The translations under genes and the position numbers were made by a program. From contig OZ024744.1 in the NCBI GenBank assembly GCA_964016885.1, forward strand, positions 41,416,001-41,480,000: 64,000 nucleotides of DNA, read 5' to 3'. This DNA is from Eledone cirrhosa (Eukaryota). The notes under the pieces are model-generated. The model was not told where the DNA came from. It worked only from the letters and a program-made list of their open reading frames with translations, and ran no database searches. Of the stretch, positions 11,305-25,774 are shown piece by piece. How positions within the stretch are numbered: the stretch's first letter is position 1; each line of letters starts with the position of its first letter.

Positions 11305-11615
11305 TCACTCAGTCGGTTATGACGATGAGTATTCTTGTTTATACGATCAACGGAATAAATGCTCATGTAATTAACGTGCAAGTGGCTGAGCATTCTACTA
11401 ACTCACGTACCCTTACCTTAGTTCTCAGTGAGATTGAGCGTGACACAGAATGTGACAAGGCTGGCCCTTCAAATCACAGGCACAACTCATTTTTGTTAGC
11501 TGAAGCAACGTGAAACAAAGTGTCTTGTTCAAGGACACAGCATGCTGCTGGGAATTAAACTCATGACATTATGATCATTAGCCAAATACCCTAACAACAA
11601 ATCCACATGACTTCA
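11305..11615 (-). mobile_element. tRNA-head SINE (distinct tail). Related decayed copy ~35620-35795
   Basis: Minus strand starts with the family-B-like head 'gaagtcatgtggatttgttgttagggtatttggc..gagtttaattccc'. Confidence 0.55.
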
Positions 11616-11779
11616 TATACATATCTATTTATATACATTTAAAGGTATAGTACTACGAAAAACAAACTAGGCATGAAGTAGAGGTTAGATGCAATCTTCT
11701 TTGTTTATTTTGTTTGCACATTGATTCACACAAACAAAGTTTAACCTTACATATCTTCGTATATCTATCTATCTATCTA

Positions 11780-12180
11780 TCCCACTGCAAAGTGGTCATG
11801 GAGGTGCCACGGCAAAAACGCACCCAGCCCACACTCTAAAGTGGTTGTGTAGGCGCCATGGAAACAAGCACCCAGCACTCACTGTAAATGAGGTTGGTTT
11901 TAGGAAGGGCATCCAGCTGTAGAAATCAAGCTAAATCAGTTCCTGTATGAACAAGACAAGGTCAGCCGACCGGACACTGCCCACAACAGGACAACACGTC
12001 TAACCCATGCTAACGTAGAAGAATCGGCGTAAAACGGTGATGATGATGATGATAATGATATATAGAAACAATCTATGTGAGCGAGACATGGTCACCCGAC
12101 TCAACTTGCCTCTAAATGGGACAAACCAGTTTAACCAATGCTAGCGTGGAAGATGGACGTTACATGATGATGATGATATA
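11780..12180 (+). mobile_element. Two RTE 3'-UTR fragments with (GAT)n tails
   Basis: 'aggaagggcatccagctgtagaaa' block shared with 57900-58170. Confidence 0.75.
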
Positions 12181-12217
<37 letters not shown>

Positions 12218-12221
<4 letters not shown>

Positions 12222-14725
12222 TCATCATCATCATCATCATCATCACCGTTTTACGTCCGTTCTTCCATGCTAGCATGGGTTAGACGGGTTGTCCTGTTGT
12301 GGGCAGTGTCTGGTCGGCTGACCATGATTTGTTCATACAGGAACTGATTCTGGCTTGGTTTCTACAGCTGGATGCCCTTCCTAACACCAACCACATTTAC
12401 AGTGAGTGCTGGGTGCTTTTTCCGTGGCGCCTACGCGTCCACTTTACAGTGTGGGCTGGGTGCTTTTTTTGCCGTCGCACCTCCACGACCACTTTGCAGT
12501 GGGAGGGTGTGGAGGCATATTGTCTATATGCTTCAGCTTGTACCCATGGGAGGTCGGGTACTCTGTATTATTGCGTGACGCCAGAGGTCACGGTCGTGTG
12601 TCATCGCATTTGAGAGGTGTAATTGGGTACGGTCAGCTTTTATCACCTCATCCTAGGTCTTCTTGGGTCTCCTCACTCCGCGGTTTCCATTGACTTCTAG
12701 TGCTCTGCACCTTTTTATGCAGCTGTCATCCTTCAAACGCATCACATGTCCATACCAACGCAACCGCCTCTCCTGCACACAGTATTTGATTCCTCTTATG
12801 CTCAGTCTCTCTCTCAATTCATTTATGCTTTGTCGTTCACGTATATTACTATTACACATCCATCGGAGCATGCAGGCTTCGTTTCTTTCTAATCTGCGTA
12901 AGTCTTCCACCTTCAGCGCCCAAGTCTCGCTACCATGTAACATTGCTGTTCGGATACACGCATCATACAGTCTGCCTTTCATTTTGAAGGAGAAGCCTAT
13001 TGCAGCTAGCAGTGGCAGTAGTTCCCTGAACTTCTTCCATCCCGTTCTTACCCTAGTTATTTTACTTTCTGAACACCCACGTCCGCTGCTAATTCGGTCA
13101 CCTAGGGAGCAGAAGCTGTCTACTGTTTCTACAGAGCCCTCCCAGAGATTGGTGGTACTTGTTTCCTGTGGCTGTTAGCTGCTTGCTGTCCCAGCACAGC
13201 TGCTGCATGTGAAGCCTACATTCTTAATTAAGCTTCCTGAGATCCCGCTACATCTCTTGTGTACCCATTGTTTGCTTTTGGGGTAGAGAATGGAGTTCCT
13301 ACCTACAACTTCCTACATGCTGAGCAAGGCCATTTCCCTGAGGGCATCTGGGTTCTGTTTTCTCGTCTACTTACAAGGACCTTAGTCTTTGTCATGTTGA
13401 CTTTAAGTCACTTTCTTTCTAGTCCCTGCTTCCAAGTTTGGAATTTCTTCTCTAGTTCTACCATAGATTCAGCTATAAGTGCGAGGTCATCAGCATACAG
13501 GAGTTCCCATAGGCATCCGGTCTTAAACTCCTCCGTTATTGCCTGCAGGACTATGATGAACAGGAGAGGGCTAAGAACAGAGCCCTGGTGAACACCAACC
13601 TGTACACTAAATTCCTCGCTATACTCTTTGCTAATCCTAACTTTGCTGACTGCTCCCCTATGCATGGCTTGTACAGCTTTCACAAGCCATTCATCTACTC
13701 CTAGTTTTCTAAGAGCCCACCAGATTAGAGCACGTGGAACTCTGTCAAAGGCTTTCTCGAGATCGATGAATGCCAGGTAGAGTGGCTTACTTTTAGCTAG
13801 GTACTTTTCCTGTAACTGCCTCACAAGGAAGAGGGCATCAGTGGTGCCTCTTCCTGGTACAAACCCAAATTGCATCTCATCTAGTTTCACACGGACCCAA
13901 TCAACTGTGCTATAACTCTTTCTGTTACTTTCATGACCTGGTCCATCAGCTTTATACCTCTATAGTTTCCTCTATCGAGTGCATCACCTTTACCTTTGTA
14001 GCAGTTGACAATGATGCTACTGCACATATCTTTTGGTATGACACCTTCTAGTATTACCTGGCTAACAATACGTGTGGTTATGGTGTGACCTACAGACCCA
14101 GATGCCTTCAGCATCTCGGCAGCTATATCCGATGGACCGGTTGCCTTCTCCATCTTCATATCTTTGATTGCCTTACTTACTACGCTGCTGCTGACTTGTA
14201 CTGCTAGCCCCTCTATAGGGTCTACTTCGGGTAGGGTCTTCCCATGCATTCTCCTCATTTAGTAATCTATCATAATGGCTCTTCCATTCATCTTTCTTCT
14301 CAGCACTTGTTAGGGCAAGCTCACCTTTATCATTCCGGATACACTTCTCTCCAATGACATCACAATTCTCTCACAATCTTGAACAACTCCTGTTTCTGGT
14401 CCTCGCGTTGCAAAACATGCTTGAATTTTTTATCCTCTGCTTCCCTCCTAACTAAGTATACTTGTCGCCTAGCTTCCGTCTTGGTCTCTATGTAATGTAC
14501 CCTGCTCCCCCCATTCTTCCATTCTTTCCATGCCTGTCTCTTAGCCTTAACTGCCTCATCTACATTATTGTTCCACCACCAAGTCACTCTCCTCCTGCTT
14601 GTGGTCTTACTCCAGCCACAGATCTCATCCGTCGCCTCTAGTAAGTTATTTTTTATAACTCCCAGTGGTCTTCTACATTGAATGTCTCTATCTGTTCTTC
14701 TTTACTGTCGTAGGCGTTGAGTAAA

Positions 14726-14727
<2 letters not shown>
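12218..14727 (-). mobile_element. RTE-clade LINE, 5'-truncated, degenerate
   Basis: ORF pieces with 'QFGFVPGRGTTDA', 'AFIDLEKAFDRVP', 'GVHQGSVLSP', 'LLYADD' and 'RRLRWYGHVMR'. (GAT)n tail at 12218-12245. Highly similar to 55690-58170. Confidence 0.95.
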
Positions 14728-14776
<49 letters not shown>

Positions 14777-14887
14777 TGAATATGTATAATAAAGCCAAAA
14801 CAATGCAGGTATGGACATAGAAAAAAGAATGCAATTGCAAAAGATATTGTTGACAATTCGTCTTTTACCTTAGATTTATTTAAATGT

Positions 14888-14923
14888 CCTTAATTTTCGA
14901 GATAATATCTCTTCTTCAGAGGG
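14888..14923 (-). ncRNA. Very minimal hammerhead motif
   Basis: Minus strand: CCT-CTGAAGA-A-GAGAT/ATT/ATCTC-GAAA-ATTA-AGG. Palindromic AATT stem III, only a 3-bp stem I. Confidence 0.5.
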
Positions 14924-15639
14924 AAATAAAGGTCTCAAACCAGCGTTCTAACTAGCTTGCCAAGCCATGCTGACAGGAAATATTATAGAGTATCTGTTCT
15001 ATCTCTAATGTCAAAGAGTTAAAATTAGGTGGATAAAGAGTAGTCTCCCTTTAAAAGGGTTTTTTTTTGTCTTTTTTGTATATACATGCCTGTTTAAGTG
15101 TGTGGGAGAATGCATGAAGGTGTAAGTATGTGAGTGTGTGTGTGTGAGTGTGAGAAGATAAGTCTATTCGTAAATGGGGGGGGGGATAGGTGTTATCTGG
15201 TGTTAGAACTGGTTTTGTGTGTGTATGTGGCCGTGTAGGTAACACGGTAAAAACCTCCCAGTCCACACTGTAAACGTGGTTGGTGTTAGGAAGGGCATCC
15301 AGCCGTAGAAAACCCGCCAGCAAGACAACCAATCTTGCCTCAAGTGGGAAAACTCCCGTCCAAACCCATGCAAGCGTGGAAGATGGACGTTAAACGATGA
15401 TGATGATGATGATGATATATATATACTTCGTTTTTTAATTTGTTTTGCAAGATTTCTTATCAGAAAACTGTGTTGAAACAGATATTGTTATACTTTGGGA
15501 AGGCCATGGATTACATCCGGGTGTGTGTGTGTGTGTTTATTCATTTATTTATTTATGCGTATATTTACTTGTCACTAGTTGGTTGTTTGTTCTATCAGTG
15601 TGTGTCTGATTTGTTTTGCGCAAACTAAGCACACAACAC

Positions 15640-16522
15640 ACGGGGTGTATTTTTGTTAGACGTGCCTACTGACTGTAGGTTTCGCTTTGTACTTAGGCAA
15701 GACGGGTCTTCTGTATTACTGTGTAGCGCCAAAGATCTCAGTCCAGTGACATTGTGTGAGGTCGGAATTTATCAAGTCGTCCCAGGTTTTTCTGGGTCTG
15801 CCTACTCCGTGGCTACCGTCTATTTTTTATCGCCCTGCACTTTTTTATACAGCTGTCGTCTTTCATGCGCATCACGTGACCATACCAACGTAGTCTTTTC
15901 TCGAGTAAACAACATCTGATTCCTCTTATTACTAATTTCTCCCTTAGTTCATTTATGCTTTGCCGTTCACGTATATTACTATTACACATCCAGCGAAGCA
16001 TGCAAGCTTCGTTTCTCCCCTGTCTGCGTATATCCTCTGCACACAATGCCCAGGTCTCACTGTCATGTAACATTGCTGTTCGTATGCAGGCATCATACAG
16101 CCTGCCTTTCATTTTTAGAGAGAACCCTTTAGCGGCCAATAGTGGTATAAGCTCTCTGAACTTCTTCCATCCGGTTCTGACTCTAGCTACTGTACTTTCA
16201 GAGCACCCTCCACCACTGTTGATTTGTCACCCAGGTAACGGAAGCTGTCCACTATTTCTATAGAACCATTGTGCAATGGAATGAGCTAGTATTCTGTGGG
16301 CACTTGCTGCTACTTATTGCACCAGAGCACTGGCCACATACAAAATCTATATTCTTAGTTAGCTTCTTTTATGCACCCATACTTTGCATTTGGGACATAA
16401 AATGGAGTTGCTGCCTACTCCTTTCCTACACACTGAGCATGGCCATTTCCCAGATGAGACCAGTGCCCTATTTTCCTTTCTACAAACTAGAACTTTAGTC
16501 TTAGACAGGTTAATTTTAAGGC

Positions 16523-16525
<3 letters not shown>
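15640..16525 (-). mobile_element. RTE LINE 3' fragment
   Basis: ORF 15813-16139 'MKGRLYDACIRTAML..RLRWYGHVMR'. Confidence 0.9.
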
Positions 16526-16582
<57 letters not shown>

Positions 16583-17106
16583 CATCATCATCACCGTTTT
16601 ACGTCCATTCTTCCATGCTAGCATGGGTTAGACGGGTTGTCTTGTTGTGGGCAGTGTCCAGTCGGCTCACCTTATACATATTTATATAAATATATACATA
16701 TACCACCACCACCACCAGCATCCTCCTCCTCCATCCCCTCCTCCTCCTTCTCATCATCATCATCATCGTTGTTGTTTTAACGTCCCAGGGTGGGATGTGT
16801 CTCCATAGAGCAAATCTGTTCTGAAGCAGGTTACTTATCTTCCAGACAGGCCAGGGATCCGTATTCCATGTATGTATGGCTTCATGTTCTACCATCTGTA
16901 CATGAAAGTTTGTCATGTCTTTGACACAACTGTGGGTCCTCCTAACACATATATATACAATATATTATTTTTTTTCTGTAATACAGTTGAAATTACAGAG
17001 TAACAAAACTCATCACTACTTAAATGATGAATATTTAAACTGTACCTTGATATTCAGTACTAACTTTTACATCTCTCAATATCAGAGACGCACACACATA
17101 TATATA

Positions 17107-17979
17107 TTGTTATATTTGGGGAGGCTCATGTTTATTGCCAGAAATATATAATAAAACACACTAACTGTTTTGTTTGGGTAGGTTTTCTCTTCATTATATT
17201 TTATATTTCTATAATTGATATAGCTGGCAATCAATGCTTATCATTGATAGACCAACAGTTAAAAATGTAGATATAAATATATATATAGTCTCTTAGAGTT
17301 CTTTCGTTACACACACTAGTGAAATCATCAGTGATACTATTATGCTTCCTCCTATTGTATTGCTGTGATGCTTACTTATTCTATTTCATTTATTTATTTA
17401 TTGTTGTCTCTGTTTTCGCAAGCATTTGTCTCTGTGTTTTCTGCTTGGTGTGTGTTCATGTGTTCGTGTCTGAGTCTGTGTGTGTTTGTATTCTATCTAT
17501 GCTCACTAGTGTGTGCTTATGCTTGGTTGTTATTGTATCTGTGTATATATATTTATATTTATCTTAGATCACTATTGTGTGTTTGTGTATGGTTGTTGTT
17601 ATTCAATTCATGTTTTCTGTTTAACTTTGGTTTTCTTAGTTCTATTTCAGTTTCTTCCCTAATTTGTCTACATGTTGAGTCATTTCTATGTTTAGATATT
17701 TTAATTTCTATGTTGTCTATATTACCATCACGTCTTAGTCTAGCATGTTCATATAGTACTGAATTGTCTTTTTGTTCTTTTAGTCCCCTCCCTCCCCCCA
17801 CCCCGGTGTTGGTCTACTACCTCCCCTATATTCCGGGCTGTCTTTCCTATGTATGTCGTTGTCATGTTTCTGCAAGTACCCTCTGTACATGTAATGCTAT
17901 AGACTACATTTCTAGTTTTACAATTTATTTGCAGATTTATTCTACATATTACGCATTTCTTATTAGTACAGTGGGTTTT

Positions 17980-17982
<3 letters not shown>
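17107..17982 (-). mobile_element. Penelope-like 3' fragment (GIY-YIG, decayed), related to 6948-8692
   Basis: ORF 17559-17801 'SVLYEHAR..GNIDNIEIKI..RQIREETEIELRKPKLN'. CTGATGA..GAAA remnant at ~17300-17338. Confidence 0.85.
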
Positions 17983-18045
<63 letters not shown>

Positions 18046-19004
18046 AATGATATACAAATTTTTTCATATATCTAGTTGAGAAATAACTAGTCTATGTAGA
18101 ACAAAAAATAATAAATACGGCCATTTCATGGAATCCAGAACATGATGTTTAGAATCAAATTCAATGATTGGTAACAATCATAAATTATCGACTTTTGTAA
18201 TAAGCATTATTAAGATTGTGGAGATTCCAATCGTCAGTATGGATCTCTTTAAATTAAAACCTACTTTAAAATATCTTCCAAAGAATATCCTCATTACCTT
18301 TAAACAAAAAATTCTTCAATGATTCAGCCAACTATTTTAATGAAGCACTGTTGAAAAGTAGTTTGAGTGAGAAAACTTTGCAATTCCTTTAAAAATAGCA
18401 GCTGAAAGAGAATTTCTACTCCAATAGCTAAGGAATTATTTAGTCTTCTTCATAAACACTTTCATAAATACTACAAATTGTTTGATAGAAATATGGTTAA
18501 CTGTTTCTACATTTTATAACATTTATGCTATATGCAAGTTTGCACAGACAAGAGCATTTCCAAATGCAGCAAAATGTGAGGGCAAAGGTAATTACAATTG
18601 TAATAATAGTAACATATAGTCGATCAAAGAACTGGTATAGCAGCCTATACTACAGCAAAAGAACTGGTACACGAGGCTACTGTAAATGCTGATATGTGTC
18701 CCTATCATATATTGGTTCAACAGTGAACACCTTTAAAACAAAATACTACCAACACAATATTTTGTTTAAACACGATAATAACAAAGTCTAGTACTTGTAT
18801 TGGCCATTTACAAAAGAAATCTTGATCAGGCTTGCACATTGGAGAGGATATATATTTATATGTTTATTTAGATCACATAAGTGTCATTTGACTGACATAT
18901 AAAGTCAATATGATGCCAAGAAAAATAAAACAATCCCATAAAATATATAAAATTATTACATACAGCATATTCAAGGTGCATCATTATAGTTTATATATAT
19001 ACAA

Positions 19005-19198
19005 GGGCGGTGGATTGGCAGTATTGGTAGAGCGTCAGACAACATGCTTTGCAGCATAGAGTTATGGCTCTTTACGTTCTGAGTTCAAATCCCGCCGAGG
19101 TTAACTTTTCCCTTCATACTTACGCGGTTTATAAAATAAACTACCAGTAATGCACTGAGGTAATTGTTGGCCTTTTGCGAAAAGTAGAAACAATTATT

Positions 19199-19200
<2 letters not shown>
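19005..19200 (+). mobile_element. SINE family A. Other plus copies at ~22494-22640 and 49193-49385
   Basis: Same consensus as 6195-6387. Confidence 0.85.
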
Positions 19201-19285
<85 letters not shown>

Positions 19286-19337
19286 GCAAGAAGAATGAAT
19301 ATTAAGTTATGATGATGATAATTATATATATATATAA

Positions 19338-20150
19338 TCATCATCATCATTCAATATCTATTTTCCATGCTAGCATGGGTTAGAGGGGTTTGTCCTATTA
19401 GAGGCAAGTTGGATCATAGAGCTGTTTCTGGCTCGTTTTCTATGGATGGATGCCCTTCGTAACGCCAACCACTTTTACAGTGTGTGCTGGGTGCTTTTTG
19501 TCATGTCCCCTACACTACCACTTTACAGTGTGGGCTTGATATGTCGTGATACCAACATAACAGAGTAACAATGGTGTGAGCGAAAGTTGGAGGGAGGTGT
19601 AGGGGATGTGGGGTGTATATTGGATTAAGAGGTGCCGACTGAGTATATGTTTAAGTCCATGCACAAGGGAAGGCGGGTCTTCTGTATTACTGCATAACAC
19701 CAAAGATCTCGATCCTGTGACATTGTCTTAGAAATGTGCAAGTGTGCAAGGTCAGCTTTTATCACCTCGTCTCAGGACTGTAACTTCCATCAATTTTGAT
19801 TGCTCTGCCCATTTTTATACAGCTGTCGTCCTTCATTACATCACATGACCATACCAACGTAATCTCCTCCCTACAATCCTGCATCTGATCCCTCTTATGC
19901 CTAATTTCTCACTTAGTTCATTTACGCTATGCATGCTTCATTTCTTTCCAATCTGCACAGATCCTCTGCACACAATGACATTGCTGTTTGTATACAAGCA
20001 TCATACAATCTGCCTTTTATTTTTAGAGAGAAACCTTTTGTGGCCAACAGCGCTTTTAGATCTCTTTACTTTTCTCATCCCGTTCTTACTATGGCTACTG
20101 TACTTTCAGAATACCCTCCTCCACTGCTGATTGTGCCACCCAGGTAACGG
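19338..20150 (-). mobile_element. RTE LINE 3' fragment, decayed
   Basis: Similar to the RTE C-terminus and 3' UTR, with (CAT)n at the left. Confidence 0.8.
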
Positions 20151-20225
20151 ATATATATAAATATATATATAGGAAAAAGTATGACCCCGACGGCAGAGCT
20201 CAAGCCGTTTCGACGGCTATTTCTG

Positions 20226-20269
<44 letters not shown>

Positions 20270-20743
20270 TTATCATCATCATCATCGTTTAATGTCCATT
20301 TTCCATGCTAGCATGGGATAGACAGGTTGTCACATTAAAGGCAAGTTGATGATGATGATGATGATATATATATTGACATACATGTGTGTTTGTATGAGAG
20401 AGGGAGAGAGAAAAAGGGAAAGAGATGAGAAAGAGTGAGAGTGTGTGTCTATATCTGTCTCCAAGCAAGTACATTTTTTTTAAAGCTACATATATATTAA
20501 ATTTTTGCTATAATGGAAAATAGAAAGTTGTTTATTTTCCTAATGGTTATAGTAAGCACCTATAGGTGAGGTTGCTATGAAGATGATGTTGATGATGAAA
20601 GATAAACCATGCCGATATCAATGAGAAAAATATGGATAGGTATTGAAAGAAATGCACAAAGATGAATAAATACAAAAACAAATTTTAAACATATATAAAA
20701 ACATACCCACATATACACACACACACACATGTATATACGTACG

Positions 20744-20786
<43 letters not shown>

Positions 20787-20817
20787 ATTATACATATATA
20801 TATATATATATATATGT

Positions 20818-21080
20818 ATAATACAAATAGTGAAAACAATGAAATTAAACAAAATACGGGTAATTCATAGTAAAACTCATTATTTTACGATCGTTTCTAG
20901 GGGGTAGTTCTCCGTATGTTCATTCTATTAGTGATCTATGTAAAATATATTACAAATTATCAAGAAAATATACATACGTCTTCCCTACCCGCCGTCTTCA
21001 GAAACGATCGTAAAATAATTAGTTTTACTATGAATTACCCGTATTTTATTTTATTTCATTGTTTTCACTATTTGTATTAT
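20818..21080. repeat. Fold-back, ~80-bp arms, ~100-bp spacer
   Basis: 20818-20898 vs 21000-21080. The right arm starts at AGAAACGATCGTA. Confidence 0.85.
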
Positions 21081-21471
21081 TTTGACTCTGCTTCCAATGA
21101 ATTATATCGTTGAAATTTTGTATTTTAAACTTTGCTTCACAACATCTACATACGGATTACATTGAGTTCTTCATACGGCTTGGACCCTACGATTAATTGG
21201 TGGATTTATCTGTGTGTATATATATATGTATATGTGTATATACATATATATATATATATATTAGTATATAAAGATTTCTTTTCTTCACTAGAACATTTTT
21301 GGCTATATTGAATAAACTCAATCAGATTCAGAACTATTTATGTACATGTGATACAGTAAAATAAGCAACTGTCTTCAGTGCCCAAAGCAAGAAGAATGCA
21401 TGGAATTAATAACTATCTTCCATTGGGATTATACACACACAGACTCACACTCACACACGTACACTCACATA

Positions 21472-21476
<5 letters not shown>

Positions 21477-21557
<81 letters not shown>

Positions 21558-21569
21558 ACACACACGAAC

Positions 21570-21596
<27 letters not shown>
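21477..21596. repeat. (CA)n microsatellite (one of dozens of (TA)n, (CA)n and (GAT)n tracts, e.g. 37757-37870, 40254-40335)
   Basis: Seen directly in the sequence. Confidence 0.98.
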
Positions 21597-21603
<7 letters not shown>

Positions 21604-21655
21604 GTACATAGGCAGGGAAAATGGATGTTAAATGATTATATATATATAAATATAT

Positions 21656-21906
21656 CGTTCCTGTGTTAGTGTTGAACAAAAAGGTGACGTGGTTGCCTAA
21701 ACACTGCACGGCGTAATTCGGGCTGTTTGTTATAATAAATGTTCCGTAAAACGATATGTGCATATATATATGTGTGCATGTATGTATGTATATACATACT
21801 ACTGTATGTCTGTATACATATATGTATGTACGTATACATACATACTTACATTTAAGTAAGTGCCGAACTAAGAGTGAGAAATGAAATTTCTTTTCATTCT
21901 ATTCCA
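21656..21906 (+). mobile_element. Permuted copy of the 4446-4865 HHR unit
   Basis: Aligns to 4654-4865, then continues into sequence matching 4446-4500. Confidence 0.7.
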
Positions 21907-23779
21907 TATATAAATATATATATAGAGAGAGAGAGGAGAGGAGAGTGGGAATGTGAGAAAGGAAAAGAGAAATTCAGTGATGAGGGCATTTATGAAATAC
22001 CTTATAAAAGCCTAGAGTGCCTAACACAATTTTGTGGCGGACATTTTGTAAACAAAGTTATTACATATCATTTATTCCTTTAAATTGCAGAAGTTTAAAG
22101 GTCATCAGAAAGTGGGAGAAGCTGTCAGAAGTGAATTAATATTCTTCTTTCATAGACCATGGACAAACACACTTGCTTACTTGTATTAATATTCTGTTTT
22201 CAAAGATATATGCATGTGCAATTGCTAGCATACAATGAAACATACATGAACTTATTTAAAACATGTCAAGAACTATGTACGAGTACCCAGTTGTTTGATT
22301 TACTGAATAACCTATTCATTGAATTGACATGCATAATGGCTGGGTATTGCACAGACGCTTTGTACCCATAATATAATTCACAGGTACTGTCCATTCAGTA
22401 TACACTTTCTGTCAACTCAATTTTATTCACTAGATTTGGATCAATCTCGAACCATGATAACCGTTTAGCATTTACATTATATTTACTATTGTATGGCGGC
22501 AAACTGGCAGAGTTGTTAGAACGTCAGATAGAATGTTTTATGGTATTCGTTCCAGTTTTCTGCTCCCTGAGTTCAAATCCTGCTGAGGTCAACTTAGTCT
22601 TTCATCCTTTTGCGATTGATAAAAAAAAGTACCAGTCTAGTTTTGATTCTTCCTCTATATCTCTTTCTCATTTCCTCTCTCTCTCACTTTCTATCTTTCT
22701 CTGGAAGAAATCTGCTGTACTCAGGCCTGGAGAGGGATGGACTCCGTCATATTTAAAATGCCCACAAAACACTGTATGTTAATATGGCACTCCTATAATT
22801 CTATCAGGGATTACGGGACCATATATTCATATATATTTACTATTATATTTTCACTTACATAAGTGTCTCACATAATATCGAATCTATGATATTTTGATAT
22901 TTTGAGAATAATACCTAAACATCAGTATGAGCAGCCAGTTTGAACAAAAAGAGGTGAGAGAATTCTGGCCGGATATGGCGAGTTTTAAATGCTTTTAAGA
23001 GACATTTGCCGAAAATGACACACAATTAGACTGAACTTTGGATTTCTCAATTGGGAAGAAAGTTTCCTAAAATTTCAACCATACTTGCATCCACATTCAT
23101 CACCCAGAAATGATAATAGGGTGCTAGCCGTCTTTTATTAGAAAGGTTATTTACAATGCAATAGACAGAAGTTCTTTATATAAAACCTGTACTGTATAAA
23201 AGTTATATATACACAGAGTTACCACAAAAACACTCGAGCTTGATTATTGCATTGATGTTTGCCGAGTAACAAAAGGGGCACACATCGAGTGTCTATGATA
23301 TCAACCAATAGCACATATAACTTTGTTAGTTTATGTAACTATAGCCACCAATATTATAAGAATATTCATTTAAGTTTTCATATTATAAGTATTTGAAATC
23401 AAGGAATGTTTTTGTGGTCACCCTGTATATCTACTATATATTTGAGAGTGTATGTGTATATATATGTGTTTGTATGAAAGGCTCTGAAACAGAGTGTCCT
23501 AGACAAAAGACCTATTTGATTTTTGAAATCTGTGTTCCAAGAAGATTTATGGAATTTCTTAATTCAATAAGAATAAAAGAAAAATGAAAAAAAAATTAGA
23601 AAAAATAGAAAATAGTAATACTATCAATCACTGTTGCTGTGACATTTTAAATAGTCTGGCTTTTGTTGATTGTCATGTGTATATAAGAGGAGATGAGGGA
23701 GAAAAAGAATATATGGGTAAAGAATGTGAGTTCAGAGAGTAATAATAATCGTAGTGGATGTAAGGCGTAATGAGTAAAG

Positions 23780-25186
23780 AAGATGTTCAATGTAGCTGAG
23801 TCATCATAGGAATGTCAATCCAGTTACAAAGTAGATGCGATTTCAGGTGAGGACAACATCTGAAGATCTCGGTCTTGGAGTTAAGGCAAGTGGAAGTGGC
23901 TTTCAAATTTTGGAGAATTCTAAATTTTTCCGTAGTGCACAAAGAACAATTCTTTGTGCCCCTTTGGTATTCTCTAAAATAGACCAATCGATAGTGTACG
24001 GAATGTTTTTGTCTTTGCGTGAGCCGTTGCTGTTCTTTTTTCAGGGTGTTTAAGAGAAGCGACATGTGCATAATACCTGGTTTTGAACATGTCCTGAGTC
24101 ATGCCAACATATCGTTCACTCCTGGCTGGCTGGTTGTTAATCAACGGTGTCAATTTTTCCTCATACACAATGGATTTGGTATTACATTTGCCCAGTAATG
24201 GGCATTCTTCCGGCTTGCTGCAACTGCATCCTGGATTTACTCTTGTACGATTAGAGTTAGTAATTTTAGTTTTCATTGATGGACAGCAAGAGTAACTGAT
24301 TTTGACTACATTTCTATTAAATATCTTATAATATCTATGATTAGGGGGAAAATGTTTGTCTAGGAGGTCGAGGAATTTCCTTCCTACATTAGTTTTGTCA
24401 GTTAGAGAGAAGGGAGTGTGAACCAAATAATTTTTCTTTCCTGTTATTGTGTTTAGTTTTAGAGGGAGGAGTAGGTAAATATTTAATATGTTCAGTAAAG
24501 CCACTGTTATTGAGGGCTTTATTATAATAAGTGGCGGCTTTGTTTAAAATGTCTAGAGACGAAGATAAGGTAGAAATCCTACGGCTAATGTTAGGAATAA
24601 GATTATTAAAAACTATAGGGGGATGGCAAGACTCTTTGTATATATCTTAGATTCTCGTTAGGTTTATGATAAGGTTTAAAAGAGGCAGTAATTAGATCAA
24701 GATTAATGTCAAGAAAGTTAGCATTGGTAAGGTTCGTATCTATAGTAATTTTAAAGTTAAGATTAGCAAAATTATTGATTAAATCTTTACGGAATTTATC
24801 AAGGTTATGGCCGTTGGTGGTATGAGAAACTGCCAATCCATCGTCTCGGTATAAACCGATATTATGGGAAGGAAATTTCTCTTTAAGGGTGTGGAGAAGG
24901 AATAATCCTACTAAGTCGCACACATCCGCACTGTCATATGAACCCATTGCAACATCAAAAGAGTTTTCAGGGCTTGACTTTTTAACCCAGATACTTTCAT
25001 TAGCAAAGAGCAGAGTTTTTCTAGCATGAAAGATAACGTCTTCTTCTAATTTATAAATATTAATGATAGGTCTTGCAAAATCTAAGGCTTTTGTTAATAA
25101 GGAAACAGTAATAGATGGGTAAAAATCAACAATATCGAATTGGGTAAATCTACACTTATTTTTACCTTGTATATTTAACCATTGTG

Positions 25187-25190
<4 letters not shown>
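23780..25190 (-). mobile_element. Penelope-like element (second family), RT plus GIY-YIG, frameshifted
   Basis: 'FTQFDIVDFYPSI', 'VAMGSYDSADVCDLVG', 'GLYRDDGL', 'CPLLGKCNTKSIVY..RYVGMT' and 'CSLCTTEK..LNSKTEIFRCCPH'. Confidence 0.9.
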
Positions 25191-25241
<51 letters not shown>

Positions 25242-25267
25242 CAGGTTTATGTATGTATGTATTTGTA

Positions 25268-25622
25268 TATCATCATCATCATCATCATCATTTTCCCTGC
25301 TTGGAAGGGTGGGATGGGAACTAATTCTGGCTTTATTTCTACAGCTGGATGCCCTTCCTAATACCAAACTCATTTACAGTGAGTGCTGGGTGCTTTTTTT
25401 CCGTGGCGCCTACATGTCCATTTTACAGTGTGGGCTGGGTGCTTTTTTGCCGTGGCACCTCCACGACCACTTTGCAGTGGAATTTCTACAGCTGAGTAAA
25501 CTGGAGTAATGTGAAATAAAGTGACTTGCTCAAGGACACAACACATCACCCGGTCTGAGAAATGAACTCACAACCTTTCAATTGCAAGGCCAATGCTCTA
25601 ACCACTAAGCCATGTGCCTCCA
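25268..25622 (-). mobile_element. SINE with tRNA-like head and RTE-derived tail (also 36600-36947 + and 41105-41485 -)
   Basis: Head 'gaggcacatggcttagtggttagagcattgg..gtgagttc' fused at 'ccactgcaaagtggtcgtgg' to the RTE 3' UTR and (GAT)n. Confidence 0.8.
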
Positions 25623-25697
25623 TATATATGTATATACGTATATATGTGTGTATAAAACAAACAAAAACAGAATAGATCATATATGTAAATATCTTAC

Positions 25698-25774
25698 CTG
25701 TTGAACCAAGTATCAGTATATCTTGGGTATGGGAATGGATCATGACTGCTAAAGTCAAAGCTTGCATCTGCATT
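25698..25774 (-). CDS. PCSK2: Prohormone convertase 2 (neuroendocrine convertase 2), internal 77-nt exon
   Basis: ttttcAG|AATGCAGATGCA...TTCAACAG|GTAAGA translates NADASFDFSSHDPFPYPRYTDTWFN(S), matching PC2 'NAEASYDFSSNDPYPYPRYTDDWFNS' just before the catalytic His. Confidence 0.95.
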
